A stretch of DNA of 64,000 bases from an uncultured Gammaproteobacteria bacterium (GCA_964609895.1 CAZSTG010000004.1:16288-80287); one strand, 5' to 3'. Shown: positions 1 to 10,595, counted from the first letter of the stretch. The notes: generated by a model from the letters alone, not told the origin. Made by a program: numbers and translations.

Positions 1-541
1 CCATTCCGACAAGCCCTCCAACCAGAAGTCCTAACGCGTGCCAAATATGGGATGCATGTTTTGTATGATGCTCCACTGTCTCGACAACCTGCTTTTTCTT
101 GTTAATAAGCAATAGATGAATTCCGTATACAGCAACAAGTATCCATCCCTCAAATTGTGTTAGTTTCCCGTCCCAGAGCGCCACAGCAGGAGTAAAGATA
201 ACAAACGAAGACATGCCAATATCAAATACCGACAACCCGTGATCAAGTTTAATTCGCTTTAACACAATTGCGCTGCCGCCCATAACAAACGACAACAAAA
301 GAATAGATCCTCCAAGGAGATTCCCAACAGACAACTGTGGCACGCCATCATGAATTGCTTGGTAGGCAACAAGCATTTCAGGGATGGTCGTCGCAAATCC
401 CAAAAGTAAAAAGCCAAGAAGAAAACTTCGAATATGTGCTTTCTTCGCGATAAATGTGGTCGCTTTCAAAACCCAATCAGCACTTTTGGCAAGCACAAAC
501 CCCAAAAAAAGAAACGCGATTGCGTATAAGAGAGCATTCAT
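1..541 (-). CDS. Sodium/calcium exchanger (CaCA/YrbG-like) membrane protein, 3' end outside the window
   Basis: Not in the ORF track. Manual translation from ATG 541 (ATGA overlap with the ligase stop) gives MNALLYAIAFLFLGFVLAKSADWVL...LLGFATTIPEMLV...GNLLGGS, the alpha-repeat signature. Confidence 0.85.
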   Translation of the reverse strand, partial: MNALLYAIAFLFLGFVLAKSADWVLKATTFIAKKAHIRSFLLGFLLLGFATTIPEMLVAYQAIHDGVPQLSVGNLLGGSILLLSFVMGGSAIVLKRIKLDHGLSVFDIGMSSFVIFTPAVALWDGKLTQFEGWILVAVYGIHLLLINKKKQVVETVEHHTKHASHIWHALGLLVGGLVGM

Positions 542-2259
542 TGTATAGACTCCTGATTATGATACATCGTTTCTAGCTCGCTGACTGTTGTAATTTGTTG
601 TGCGCTTTTATCAGTTCGAATTCGAACAAGTCGAGGAAATCGTAAGGCAAACTGCGCCCCGTGTGACGGAGATTTCGTGATATCATCTGCAGCAATTTCA
701 ACAACTATTTTTGGTATTATCCACACATCCGGAATAAATGTCTTATCAACATTTGTATATTCTTTTGGTTGCTCTTTTGATGCATTCGCTTCAAAAAGCA
801 CCTTCATTTCTTTCCATAAATCATCTGTTACTCCGGTTCCAATTTTTGTCATCGTGACAAATGATTCGCCTTTTTTCACTCCCACCAAAAATGCGCCGAT
901 TCCAAAACCCGTTCGCTTCCCCTCCCCTTTGTAATACCCCATGACCACTGCATCCACCGTATCTGCCAATTTTCCCACTTTATTTTCTTCCTTAAATTTT
1001 ACCCACGTATACCCGCGTCGCCCAGGTTCATACACAGCTTCCCATTTCTTCACAACAACGCCTTCAAGACCTGAAGCAATTTGTTCTGCATGATACGTAC
1101 GGAGCGTTTGAATGTTGTCAGTCACGATATGGGGAGAAACAGATAAAATTGATCCTTTCGCAATAGTGTGCTCCAAAATATCCCGTCGTTTTGAAAGTGG
1201 AACACCCATAAGGTCTTCCCCGTCTTTTTCTAAAATATCAAACACAAAAAAACGCAAGGGCACGCTCTGTGTCGCACCGACAATATTATGCTTCCGTTTT
1301 CTCGTCATGGTTTCCTGAAACGGAATAATGCGGTGCATTTTTTCATCAAAACCGACTGCCTCACTGTCAAGAATCACGCTGTCGGCGTCAATTTGACCCG
1401 CAATTTTTTCAAGCTCCGGATACATTGCGGTCGTATTCTCCAGATTTCTTGAAAAACTCGAGACAAAGTGCATGCCGTTTTTCCTGAAAAAATGTATTTG
1501 CGTCCGGACGCCGTCATATTTTGGCTCAACATCCACTTCACCCATTTTTGTAATCATCTCTTCGGCGTTTTTCAGACGCTGACAAAGCGCCGCAAGAATC
1601 GGCGCGCCGACAACGGGTTTCACATGCGAAACCCCCTGTATCCCATGTTTTTTGATTTGTGTCGCAATATATCCGAGATCTGGTCGTACCTCATACGCCG
1701 CTTCAATTACCCCTTTGTGGGATTTGTCAGCCGTAAGCATCCATGACAATGCATCAATCATCGTCATATCTGAAAAACCCAAGCGAAGCTTATCAAGCGG
1801 GATTCTGACAAGATATCGAACGGAAAGCGAATCAGAATGGATAAACAAATCCGATAATGCCTCAATTTTTTGCTCTTGGGAACCTTCCCCTCCCATGAGT
1901 GCAATCGCCTTTAAGTGTTCAAACACCTCATGGATTGAATATCCTGCATCACGTTTTTTATCGCCCGCAATTTTTTCAGCTGCTGTTCCCAGATCCCCAT
2001 ATTTTTTAAAAAGCGCTGTCACATCCGCGTCCGTTATCTTATAGGTGTGCGCGATCGCACGAATCATCAACTTGTCGGCAATCCCGAATTCTATGGCTTC
2101 ATAGAGCGGTGCAACGCGCCCTTGCAGCAGGTAGCATAATTCACCGATTTCTTCAATTTCGGCATGGGAAAAAAGATCGGCAAGAATCTCCGTCATCGCG
2201 TTTCGAGAAGGAGTGTTTTCCAGTTTTTGAACGTAAACAGCAAGGGCTTGGAATCTCAT
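538..2259 (-). CDS. lig: ATP-dependent DNA ligase (N-terminal DNA-binding, adenylation and OB domains)
   Basis: Motif I EPKYDG, EGVVVK, WVKFK, ALRFPRLVRIRTDK; 573 aa. Confidence 0.95.
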   Translation of the reverse strand: MRFQALAVYVQKLENTPSRNAMTEILADLFSHAEIEEIGELCYLLQGRVAPLYEAIEFGIADKLMIRAIAHTYKITDADVTALFKKYGDLGTAAEKIAGDKKRDAGYSIHEVFEHLKAIALMGGEGSQEQKIEALSDLFIHSDSLSVRYLVRIPLDKLRLGFSDMTMIDALSWMLTADKSHKGVIEAAYEVRPDLGYIATQIKKHGIQGVSHVKPVVGAPILAALCQRLKNAEEMITKMGEVDVEPKYDGVRTQIHFFRKNGMHFVSSFSRNLENTTAMYPELEKIAGQIDADSVILDSEAVGFDEKMHRIIPFQETMTRKRKHNIVGATQSVPLRFFVFDILEKDGEDLMGVPLSKRRDILEHTIAKGSILSVSPHIVTDNIQTLRTYHAEQIASGLEGVVVKKWEAVYEPGRRGYTWVKFKEENKVGKLADTVDAVVMGYYKGEGKRTGFGIGAFLVGVKKGESFVTMTKIGTGVTDDLWKEMKVLFEANASKEQPKEYTNVDKTFIPDVWIIPKIVVEIAADDITKSPSHGAQFALRFPRLVRIRTDKSAQQITTVSELETMYHNQESIQ

Positions 2260-2271
2260 TGGTGTGCTGTG

Positions 2272-3315
2272 TTATCCTTTCAGGATATAACGAACGCCTT
2301 TTGTAGAACCTTGTTTTGAAAGTATGCCTTTTTTCATCAGATCTTTGATTTCCCGAAGTACCGTATCTTCGCTGATCATCGGAAATAATTCAAAAAACGC
2401 CTTGTTCTGCAAAAATCCATTCTCCTGAATAAACTCCACAATTTTTATCTGCCGTTCCGAAAGTGTCAGCTGTTGTCCGCCGAGTTGTTTCTTCATCTTC
2501 AAATCTGTTGACAATGTCTTAACCTTGTCCTTAATGCGTGAGAGCTCAATGGCTAGTCCTTCAGTAAAATATTCAAGCCAATGGGTGAGATTGCCATTTT
2601 CGACTGCAACGCTCTGAAGCGCCTGATAATAATTCAATGGTTCCCTGTCATAATATTCTTCCAGCGAAAAAAACCGCTTAATGTCGTATCCATCTCGAAA
2701 TAAGACAAGTGTTGCAATAGCCCGAGCTGCACGTCCGTTTCCGTCTAAGAAAGGGTGGATGCGGACAAGTTCATAATGGGTAATGCCGGCTTTGAGTGCC
2801 GCGTGCATTTCATCAGGCGCTGCATTCTTCAACCATAAAAGAAAATCGGAAACCAAAAAAGGAACTTCGACTGCCGGCGGAGGACGGAACGTAATTTCGC
2901 CCGTCTGGCTGTTTTTTACGACAACCTGCGATTTCCTGTATTCACCGACTACCGCTTCCGGCAATATGCGGTCAGCAATAAGCGAATGCACATGTTTCAC
3001 CGTCTCATCACTGATGGCGCCACCGTCATAGGATTCAATAAATTTTAAGACATTCCGATAATTTAATACTTCCTGAATATCACGATCCCTGCCGACTACT
3101 TTTGCACCCGCCAACACTTTTTCCGCTTCCGTAAAGTTCAATTCATTTCCCTCGATGTGTGTTCCGTGATGCACCGTCCGCACAATTGCCTCTTCCCTGA
3201 ATTTTGCTTCCCATGCGGGAACAAGCGGTGCATTTTCAATGACTTCTTTGGCGGCCTCAATGATGCCGATATTTTTCAGAATTTTATTGGTGATATTGAA
3301 GGTTGGCGTATACAT
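2272..3315 (-). CDS. Fic-domain protein with C-terminal HTH
   Basis: Catalytic motif HPFLDGNGRAAR; inhibitory-type THIEGN near the N-terminus; likely start MYTPTF at 3315. Confidence 0.92.
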   Translation of the reverse strand: MYTPTFNITNKILKNIGIIEAAKEVIENAPLVPAWEAKFREEAIVRTVHHGTHIEGNELNFTEAEKVLAGAKVVGRDRDIQEVLNYRNVLKFIESYDGGAISDETVKHVHSLIADRILPEAVVGEYRKSQVVVKNSQTGEITFRPPPAVEVPFLVSDFLLWLKNAAPDEMHAALKAGITHYELVRIHPFLDGNGRAARAIATLVLFRDGYDIKRFFSLEEYYDREPLNYYQALQSVAVENGNLTHWLEYFTEGLAIELSRIKDKVKTLSTDLKMKKQLGGQQLTLSERQIKIVEFIQENGFLQNKAFFELFPMISEDTVLREIKDLMKKGILSKQGSTKGVRYILKG

Positions 3316-3342
3316 ATAGGGATATAGGTATATAATAAAGGT

Positions 3343-3603
3343 ATGGAAACCAAAAAACAATCCAAGGCAATGGCGCGGGCAATGTTGAAACAAATGATAG
3401 CATTGTCAACAGCTGCATTTGGACTTGTTGCAGCATTGGCATGGAATACGGTCATACAGGCGGCAATTGATACATACATCAAGCCATATATGCCAAAAGG
3501 AAGCGTTGTATTCTCCCAACTTGTGTATGCGGTGGTGGTTACCGCGCTGGCGCTTCTTGTGACGTATCTTCTGATGAAAATCAACGAAAAAATCGAAAAA
3601 TAA
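3343..3603 (+). CDS. Small two-TM membrane protein (DUF5654-like)
   Basis: AAFGLVAALAWN motif; TATAAT 6 nt before the ATG. Confidence 0.75.
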   Translation: METKKQSKAMARAMLKQMIALSTAAFGLVAALAWNTVIQAAIDTYIKPYMPKGSVVFSQLVYAVVVTALALLVTYLLMKINEKIEK

Positions 3604-3618
3604 TGCGGTGCAATGTTG

Positions 3619-4410
3619 TTACAACAGCAGTGTTTTCATTGTTGTAGGAATCTGTAGAGCCAAATCGGTTGCATTAAAAAACGGCCCGACTGTTGTATAA
3701 AGATCATCACCTGCAGCCTTGTTGATAAAACTGCCGGCTACCGCTGCCAAAAAAGGATCATGTGTACATGCAAGTGCAGCAATAAGACCGGCAAGGACAT
3801 CTCCTGTTCCTCCTTTTGTCATTCCCGCGTTTCCGCCGGAAATTTTTTCTTCATGGATTCCATCCGTTATCACATCAATTTGCCCCTTTTCCACAACTAT
3901 ACAGGTATGTTGTTTGGCAAATGCAGTGGGGGTAATAGTGGGGTTTCCGTTTTGCAGCAGTGCAAATTCCTGATGATGTGGCGTCAAAATTGCATGCTGA
4001 GGAATATGCGCTGTATCCATCATCTGCAACGCGCCGGCATCAATCACCCATTGTTTATGTGGATAGGCTTGTAACAATCCGTCAGTTAATGTTTTGGTTT
4101 CCCGTGTCCGTTCCATTCCGGGACCAATCAGAATACAGTCATCCTCTTCAATATATGCAGGAAGCGCATTTCTCTGGATGACAATCCCATTTTTAAATGC
4201 TTCCTTTGCCGACTGGACTATCGCGTTGTTTTCAGGCGTTGATGCAAAATGTACCAAATCAACGATACGGGAAGCGACCGTGAGTGACCAAATGCTGGCC
4301 GCGTGGAACAAATCCGATCCGCCGATAATGAGAAGCTTTCCGTTCTGGCCTTTATGGGAATCGGGGTGGGGCAACCGCACATGCTCTTTGATGAATGTTT
4401 TATCAATCAT
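3619..4410 (-). CDS. nnrD: ADP-dependent NAD(P)H-hydrate dehydratase (YjeF C-terminal domain only)
   Basis: HKGQNGKLLIIGGS, IGPGM, VIDAGAL, LTPHHQEF, GGTGDVLAG. Confidence 0.9.
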   Translation of the reverse strand: MIDKTFIKEHVRLPHPDSHKGQNGKLLIIGGSDLFHAASIWSLTVASRIVDLVHFASTPENNAIVQSAKEAFKNGIVIQRNALPAYIEEDDCILIGPGMERTRETKTLTDGLLQAYPHKQWVIDAGALQMMDTAHIPQHAILTPHHQEFALLQNGNPTITPTAFAKQHTCIVVEKGQIDVITDGIHEEKISGGNAGMTKGGTGDVLAGLIAALACTHDPFLAAVAGSFINKAAGDDLYTTVGPFFNATDLALQIPTTMKTLLL

Positions 4411-4419
4411 ACGATACGC

Positions 4420-5505
4420 TTATTGTACTCTATGTACGACCGGCAATTGAATAATCTCGGCATTATGCAATTGTTTGAGCATGGGCAACAACTCTTCTTC
4501 TGCGGAGGTAATAATGGTTTGTTGGTGGTTAATGACGGAAAATACTATGCGCCGACTGTCTTCGTCAAGCTCGGAAAAAATATCATCAAGAAGTAACACG
4601 GGTCTGTCCCCTGATGACTTCTCAATAAAGGAAAGTTCCGCAAGTTTAAGCCATAATATAGCAAGCCGCTGTTCCCCCCGTGATCCGAATCTGGCAAGAT
4701 CAATGTATGCATGTTCACTCCCTATCTTTTCAAACCGGAAATCATCGCGTTGCGGACCAACGAGTGTAGACTTTGCCGCAATTTCTTCTTCTTTATATTG
4801 AAGCAGCCGAGAAGCTGAAATGACGCTTGGATCATACACAATGCGGTAAGAAAGGTCATCGAGTATATATGCATTGACCGCATCAATATATGCCTTTCTC
4901 TTCTCAGTAATATACGATCCTGTTTTGATAAGCAACTGATCCCAAAAGAACAACTGTGAACGTGTGGCATCACCTTCATGAATGCGGTCAAGCAGCGAAT
5001 TTCTCTGTCGCAATCCACGTTCATAGGATTGCAGATTTCGTCTGTATTCGCGGTCAATCTGCACCAACACGGTATTGAGATATTCCCGTCTGACACTGGG
5101 GCTTTCTGTAACTAACTTCAAATCAGTCGGCGAAAACAGCACCGCGCGGAGATTACCAATAAAATCAACCTGACGTCGTGGAATTCCGTTGACCAGATAT
5201 TTTTTTCCCTGTGTTTTTTGTCCCTGCACCATGCCTGTTGTCAGAATAATTTCCAACATTGTTTCAACGTTTTTTGCATCACACACCACATGTGTCACCC
5301 GCGCGAGTTCGTTTTCCCACAAAATCATGTCGCTGTCTTTGACGGCACGAAAACTTTTTCCAACCGCCGCCAGCGCTATTGCTTCAAGAATATTTGTTTT
5401 TCCTACTGCATTCTGCCCGACAAGCACTGTAACACCGGCTGAAAAAATAAATGTCTGTTTTGTATACAAGCGAAACTTCTGGAGAGTTGTTTGTACGATA
5501 CGCAT
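4420..5505 (-). CDS. recF: DNA replication/repair protein RecF
   Basis: Walker [33 protein letters not shown]. Confidence 0.95.
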   Translation of the reverse strand: MRIVQTTLQKFRLYTKQTFIFSAGVTVLVGQNAVGKTNILEAIALAAVGKSFRAVKDSDMILWENELARVTHVVCDAKNVETMLEIILTTGMVQGQKTQGKKYLVNGIPRRQVDFIGNLRAVLFSPTDLKLVTESPSVRREYLNTVLVQIDREYRRNLQSYERGLRQRNSLLDRIHEGDATRSQLFFWDQLLIKTGSYITEKRKAYIDAVNAYILDDLSYRIVYDPSVISASRLLQYKEEEIAAKSTLVGPQRDDFRFEKIGSEHAYIDLARFGSRGEQRLAILWLKLAELSFIEKSSGDRPVLLLDDIFSELDEDSRRIVFSVINHQQTIITSAEEELLPMLKQLHNAEIIQLPVVHRVQ

Positions 5506-5578
5506 GCTCTCATTGTATCATTTTCCGTTCTTTGGGTTATTGCATCACCTGCGGTTTGTTGTGTATAATAATGAGATT

Positions 5579-5719
5579 ATGGCAACGAAACGTGTTTATC
5601 ATCCAAGTAAAGCAAAACGTTCACGCACGCATGGATTTCGTACCCGCATGAAAACCAAAGGCGGACGAAGAGTGTTGAAACGACGTCGGGCAATAGGTCG
5701 AAAAACGCTTACCGTCTAA
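5579..5719 (+). CDS. rpmH: 50S ribosomal protein L34
   Basis: [46 protein letters not shown], the tail of ORF 5189..5719. Confidence 0.97.
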   Translation: MATKRVYHPSKAKRSRTHGFRTRMKTKGGRRVLKRRRAIGRKTLTV

Positions 5720-5772
5720 GACTGGAATCCTTCAAACAAACCGAAACGGTTCGTTTCAGGTATAATACCCGT

Positions 5773-6102
5773 ATGCTTCCTTCTCGGTACAGATTATCAA
5801 AAAAAGATTTTATCCGAATCTTGCGTCGGGGCATTCGATCACAAAGCGGTGGTATACAGTTTATCTCAATGCAAACCGAAGCGTCATATGCACATCTGGG
5901 TATTCTTGTCACGAAGAAATACAGTAAGAAGGCGGTAGAACGAAATTGGATAAAAAAACGCATTGCTATGGCGTTTTTACCGTATCTGAAGGCAGAAACC
6001 ATCAGTACCGATATTGTCTGTAAAATTATGCAGCCGATGCGGGAAGACACAGTGAAAAACATACACACAACAATACAAAATTTCATCACTTCCCGGTTAT
6101 GA
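5773..6102 (+). CDS. rnpA: Ribonuclease P protein component
   Basis: MLPSRYRL, KKAVERNWIKKR (RNR-like motif); synteny after rpmH. Confidence 0.9.
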   Translation: MLPSRYRLSKKDFIRILRRGIRSQSGGIQFISMQTEASYAHLGILVTKKYSKKAVERNWIKKRIAMAFLPYLKAETISTDIVCKIMQPMREDTVKNIHTTIQNFITSRL

Positions 6103-6344
6103 AAAAAATATTGCTTGGTGCTATCCGGTTGTACCAACGCTATCTTTCACTCGACACAGGTTTGATACAACAGGTATGGAAAACCGGTAGTGTATGCCGG
6201 TTTACCCCCACCTGCAGTGAATACACATATCAGGCAATCGATCGCTATGGTATAATGATCGGATCGTGGTTAGGGTTCAAACGCATTATTCGTTGCCATC
6301 CATGGAATAAAGGCGGTTTTGACCCGATTCCCAAATCATTATGA
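6099..6344 (+). CDS. yidD: Membrane protein insertion efficiency factor YidD
   Basis: CRFTPTCSEY...RIIRCHPWNKGGFDP. Confidence 0.95.
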   Translation: MKKILLGAIRLYQRYLSLDTGLIQQVWKTGSVCRFTPTCSEYTYQAIDRYGIMIGSWLGFKRIIRCHPWNKGGFDPIPKSL

Positions 6345-7132
6345 CAAATCCCACCATCTGGAATCAGTTACTTGTCTGGCCAATCACCAATCTTCTCATG
6401 GTTTTTTATAAAATCTGTGAATGGCTGCATCTGCCTGGACCTTTGGGATTTGCTATTATTCTGCTCACTATTGCCGTTCGCCTTGTGCTCTATCCGTTAA
6501 TGCAGGCACAACTCAAAAGCGCAAAAAAGATGTCCGACATGAAACCGCACCTTGATGAACTGTCAAAAAAACATAAAGATGATAAACAGGCGCTGCAACA
6601 GGCGCAGCTTGCTCTCTATAAAGAACACGGTGTCAATCCCGCCGCAGGTTGCCTTCCAACACTAATTCAGTTTCCTATTCTTATTGCGCTCTATAATGTG
6701 TTTTATCAGGTGTTGGGAAACGGCAATGTGGGCAAAATGATGGAAGACATCAATGCTATCGTATATAACAAGTCGCTGCAGGTCACTGTATTGGATGTAA
6801 CATTCTTCGGTATGAATCTCGGCGTCAAACCAAGTGATTGGCAGCAATATGGCTGGTGGTTGTTGTTGGTACCTGTAATCACCGCGCTCCTGCAACTGTA
6901 TCAATCCAAACTTATGACACCTGCAACACCAAAAACAACAACTGCAATTGAGAAAACTGGAGAAGAGAAAAAACAAGATTCCATGGCGGACATGCAGAAA
7001 CAAATGATGTTCATCACGCCAATCATGTTTGGATTTTTCGCTTTCCAACTGCCTATTGGTCTAGCGTTGTACTGGAATATCTTCGGCCTTTTTGGTATCA
7101 TGCAGCAATTACAGGTAAATAAAGGAAAATAA
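6341..7132 (+). CDS. yidC: Membrane protein insertase YidC (short form)
   Basis: GVNPAAGCLPTLIQFPILIALY, GLALYW; synteny. Confidence 0.95.
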   Translation: MTNPTIWNQLLVWPITNLLMVFYKICEWLHLPGPLGFAIILLTIAVRLVLYPLMQAQLKSAKKMSDMKPHLDELSKKHKDDKQALQQAQLALYKEHGVNPAAGCLPTLIQFPILIALYNVFYQVLGNGNVGKMMEDINAIVYNKSLQVTVLDVTFFGMNLGVKPSDWQQYGWWLLLVPVITALLQLYQSKLMTPATPKTTTAIEKTGEEKKQDSMADMQKQMMFITPIMFGFFAFQLPIGLALYWNIFGLFGIMQQLQVNKGK

Positions 7133-7133
7133 T

Positions 7134-7592
7134 ATGGAAGCAGCGGCAAAAATTAAAGAAGTCACAGAAGATCTTTTGCTTCGTCTCGGCATTACGGGTG
7201 AAGTCACAGTTGACATGGACGAATCCGGAGCGCATCGTGTCAACATAAACACGGAAGAAACAGGTCTCCTGATCGGATTTCATGGAAGGACACTGGAGAG
7301 TTTTCAAATGATTCTAGGGATGATTGTCGCAAAGACACTGGGAACATGGGAACGGGTGTATGTCAATGTCGGCGACTACCGCGAAAAACGGGAGGAAGCG
7401 CTGATGTATATGGCGCAGCGTGCTGCGGAACGGGCTATCACAGCAGGAAAACCCGTGGAATTATCTCACTTATCTGCAGCAGAACGGCGTGTTATTCATC
7501 TGACGCTTTCAGGAGATGAACGGGTAAGCACGGAGTCAGCGGGTGAAGGACGAGATCGAAAACTTATTATCACGCCGAAATCCACTGCATAA
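7134..7592 (+). CDS. jag: Jag/KhpB RNA-binding protein (KH + R3H)
   Basis: LLIGFHGRTLESFQ (KH), ERRVIH (R3H); synteny after yidC. Confidence 0.9.
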   Translation: MEAAAKIKEVTEDLLLRLGITGEVTVDMDESGAHRVNINTEETGLLIGFHGRTLESFQMILGMIVAKTLGTWERVYVNVGDYREKREEALMYMAQRAAERAITAGKPVELSHLSAAERRVIHLTLSGDERVSTESAGEGRDRKLIITPKSTA

Positions 7593-7631
7593 TTTGCAAG
7601 GCACAGCATTCCCCTTCTATACTTGCTGTAG

Positions 7632-8891
7632 ATGCATATTTTTGAATGGTTTTTTTATCTGACTATTCTCCTGCTTCCAACTCAACTTGGACTCCACTTC
7701 TGGCCCGATTGGACACTGGTTTTGGGCAGACGTGTTGATTACCTGTCTCCCACAATTTTTCTAACTGACATCACAATTCTCATCACGCTGTGCATGTGGT
7801 TTCTACAAAAACAAGCCATAAAAAATCTCATCGAAAAAATGAAGCATACCACAGCAATTGTCATCATAATGACAATCGGCATTGTTCTCAACTGTATATA
7901 TTCATCAAGTCCGTTCCTAACACTGTATAAATGGGGAAAAGTATGTGAATATCTCCTCTTCTTTTATTATATATGTGTATCAAAACCTTCGATAAAAAAA
8001 ATTACGTATGTACTTGGCATCGGTATACTCTACTCCTCAATCATCGCCATTGCACAATTTTACATGCAACACACAATTGGCGGAATATTCTGGTTTTTCG
8101 GTGAACGAACATTTTCAGGCAGTACTCCGGGAATTGCAAAAGTAAACTGGTGCTGGAGAACAGTCAGCACCTGCAAGGAACTGCTCAGACCCTACGCAAC
8201 ATTTCCACATCCAAATGTTCTGGGAGGTTTTTTGGCAACCACCACGCCTTTGCTCGTCCTTGCTTTTCAAAAGGAAAAGAATACACTGGTACGACTTTTT
8301 TTACTTCTAAGCATCGCTATAGGAATATTTACAATGGGAATTACATTTAGTCGAAGCGCATGGATTATTGGTGTCAGTGCGCTTGTATTCACACTCCTCT
8401 ATTTGTATACCAAAAAAAAGTTACTGTGTTGGAGTATCGGCTTACTCTGTTTAGTGCTCCTGATAATTGCATGGCCGTATCTGCAAACTCTTACTGCGGA
8501 AAGCGAAAGTATTTTTATCCGACTTGATCTTGCAGAAGCGGCAATCAAAATATTTAAAGATCATCCGATTACAGGAACTGGACTTGGAACATTTTTGACG
8601 GAACTGCCGCATGTTCTAAATATTCGCGGTCTGTTTTTTCTGCAACCTGTCCACAATATATATCTCTTGTTTCTGAGTGAAACAGGAATTGTCGGAATTG
8701 TACTCGCTGCCACCATTCTTGGCGCAATACGTAAATCATTTATGATAACAAAACAAAAAAAGTTTATACTCATACCCATAGTGGCAATTGGACTTCTTGG
8801 GCTTATTGATCACTATCCTGTTACCGTTCAGCAGGGACAACTTCTGATGACATGTTTTCTTGCGCTCCCCTTTCTAAAAACTGATTCCTGA
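7632..8891 (+). CDS. O-antigen ligase/Wzy_C-family membrane protein
   Basis: Multi-TM; RPYATFPHPNVLGG, TFSRSAW, PVHNIYLLFLSETG. Confidence 0.85.
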   Translation: MHIFEWFFYLTILLLPTQLGLHFWPDWTLVLGRRVDYLSPTIFLTDITILITLCMWFLQKQAIKNLIEKMKHTTAIVIIMTIGIVLNCIYSSSPFLTLYKWGKVCEYLLFFYYICVSKPSIKKITYVLGIGILYSSIIAIAQFYMQHTIGGIFWFFGERTFSGSTPGIAKVNWCWRTVSTCKELLRPYATFPHPNVLGGFLATTTPLLVLAFQKEKNTLVRLFLLLSIAIGIFTMGITFSRSAWIIGVSALVFTLLYLYTKKKLLCWSIGLLCLVLLIIAWPYLQTLTAESESIFIRLDLAEAAIKIFKDHPITGTGLGTFLTELPHVLNIRGLFFLQPVHNIYLLFLSETGIVGIVLAATILGAIRKSFMITKQKKFILIPIVAIGLLGLIDHYPVTVQQGQLLMTCFLALPFLKTDS

Positions 8892-8908
8892 TACAATAGA
8901 AGACGGGT

Positions 8909-10144
8909 ATGAAAAAAACAATTGCATTCAATACACTTGCACAAATTGTCGGAAAAATTATTTCCGGCGGAACTACATTTTTTGTCAGCATTCTTCTTGC
9001 ACGCGCGCTCGGCGTCGACGGATATGGAGATTTTACGAAAATTACAACCTATGTTGCCTTCTTTTATCTCTTTTGTGATTTCGGCCTGAATGCCGCGTAT
9101 CTGCAACTGAAAGAACAACATACAGCCACACAATGGAAAAATGCTTTGTTTACCTCCAGATTTATCTTCAGCATCATACTGATGTTTATCACCCTTGCAA
9201 TTATCTCGTTTCTTCCCGGATCATCTACACAGGGGTATTCAGCGATGGTTAAAATGGGTATCATTCTGTTTACGCCGACTATTCTGTTCCAAGCACTCAT
9301 TACAACAACAAATGCATTTTTTCAGGAACGACTGCGTTATGACTTCGCAGCATATGCGACAATTGCAGGATCTATCACAACGCTCTTCTGTATCCTTGCG
9401 CTGACAAAAATACTTCTTCCGGAAGCGATGGTGTTTGGAAGTTTATTTTCGTTTTTGCTCGGATCTATTGCCACAACTGTTGTTGCTCTTTTTTTTGTCA
9501 AAAAAACCGGCGCTTTGCCGTCGCTGACTGTTGATCTGCAGACAATAAAAACACTTATATCCACTGCTCTGCCATTAGGAATTACGCTGTTGTTTAATGT
9601 CGTCTATTTCAGAATAGACAGCGTTGTCCTTACCATAACTAGATCAACCGCAGAAGTCGGAACATATGGTCTTGCCTATAAGTTTTTTGAAATGACATTA
9701 ATTCTTCCGACGTTTTTTATGAATGCCGCGCTTCCGTCATTACTGCGTGCAAAAAAAGAGTCGGATATAAAAAAACTGCATGCACAAATCCGAGGATCTG
9801 GCATTACACTGTGTATTCTTTCCGTCTGTGCTGCGGTTGTAGGATGGATACTTTCCCCGCTGATTACCATGATTAAGCCAGAGTTTGCCGCAAGCATTCC
9901 TCCATTTAAAATACTACTTTTGGGTCTGCCGGTATTTTATCTGAGTTCACTTACTATGTGGGTGTTGGTCATTGAAAAAAGACGGATACAAATGTTGATA
10001 ATTTATGCACTTTCCATGACGCTCAACATCTTTGCCAACATCATACTTATTCCCTCCTATGGGTACATGGCGGCGGCAGTAATAACAATCCTTTCGGAAT
10101 TTTTCATATTGCTTACTTCATATGTTGCTATCAGACATGCTTGA
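8909..10144 (+). CDS. Polysaccharide flippase (Wzx/MOP family)
   Basis: About 12 TM; LARALGVDGYG, DFGL, YFRID, VGTYGLAYK. Confidence 0.85.
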   Translation: MKKTIAFNTLAQIVGKIISGGTTFFVSILLARALGVDGYGDFTKITTYVAFFYLFCDFGLNAAYLQLKEQHTATQWKNALFTSRFIFSIILMFITLAIISFLPGSSTQGYSAMVKMGIILFTPTILFQALITTTNAFFQERLRYDFAAYATIAGSITTLFCILALTKILLPEAMVFGSLFSFLLGSIATTVVALFFVKKTGALPSLTVDLQTIKTLISTALPLGITLLFNVVYFRIDSVVLTITRSTAEVGTYGLAYKFFEMTLILPTFFMNAALPSLLRAKKESDIKKLHAQIRGSGITLCILSVCAAVVGWILSPLITMIKPEFAASIPPFKILLLGLPVFYLSSLTMWVLVIEKRRIQMLIIYALSMTLNIFANIILIPSYGYMAAAVITILSEFFILLTSYVAIRHA

Positions 10145-10169
10145 CAGAAACAAAGTGAAACGCGATACT
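10141..10169 (+). promoter_or_regulatory. Sigma70-type promoter directly upstream of rnhA (leaderless-type spacing)
   Basis: TTGACA(10141)-17 nt-GATACT(10164)-6 nt-ATG(10176). Confidence 0.65.
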
Positions 10170-10175
10170 TGTGCC

Positions 10176-10595
10176 ATGAACAACACGTATACTATACATA
10201 CAGACGGAGGAGCAAGAGGCAACCCAGGACCCGCTGCAATTGGCGTAGTTATTGAGAAAAACGGAACTTTGCTTGCCGAATTTGGCGAACCAATAGGGGA
10301 AACCACCAACAACGTTGCGGAATATACAGCTGTGCTCAAGGCCCTTCAGTATCTTCACGAGAAAAAGGAAACTACCGGAAACATTACATTTATTCTGGAT
10401 TCTCTTCTTGTCGTCAATCAGCTCATGGGCAAATTTAAAATCAAGGATGTAAAACTGCAAACGCTTGCATCACAGGTCGCATCTCTTGAACAACATTTTT
10501 GTGGAAAAGTTATCTACACAGCAGTCAGACGAGAACTGAACCGAAGGGCGGATTTTTTTGTAAATCAGGCACTTGACGCTTCAAGCAAACCATAA
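10176..10595 (+). CDS. rnhA: Ribonuclease HI
   Basis: TDGGARGNPGPAAIG, TNNVAEY, DSLLVVNQ, RRELNRRAD. Confidence 0.92.
   Translation: MNNTYTIHTDGGARGNPGPAAIGVVIEKNGTLLAEFGEPIGETTNNVAEYTAVLKALQYLHEKKETTGNITFILDSLLVVNQLMGKFKIKDVKLQTLASQVASLEQHFCGKVIYTAVRRELNRRADFFVNQALDASSKP

Noticed and set aside
2272-3603. Fic plus divergent small gene as a toxin-antitoxin pair
   Set aside because: The small protein is a membrane protein without the inhibitory motif; the Fic carries its own THIEGN motif.
5189-5578. 176 aa ORF as an extended L34
   Set aside because: The upstream part is antisense to recF; the real L34 starts at 5579.
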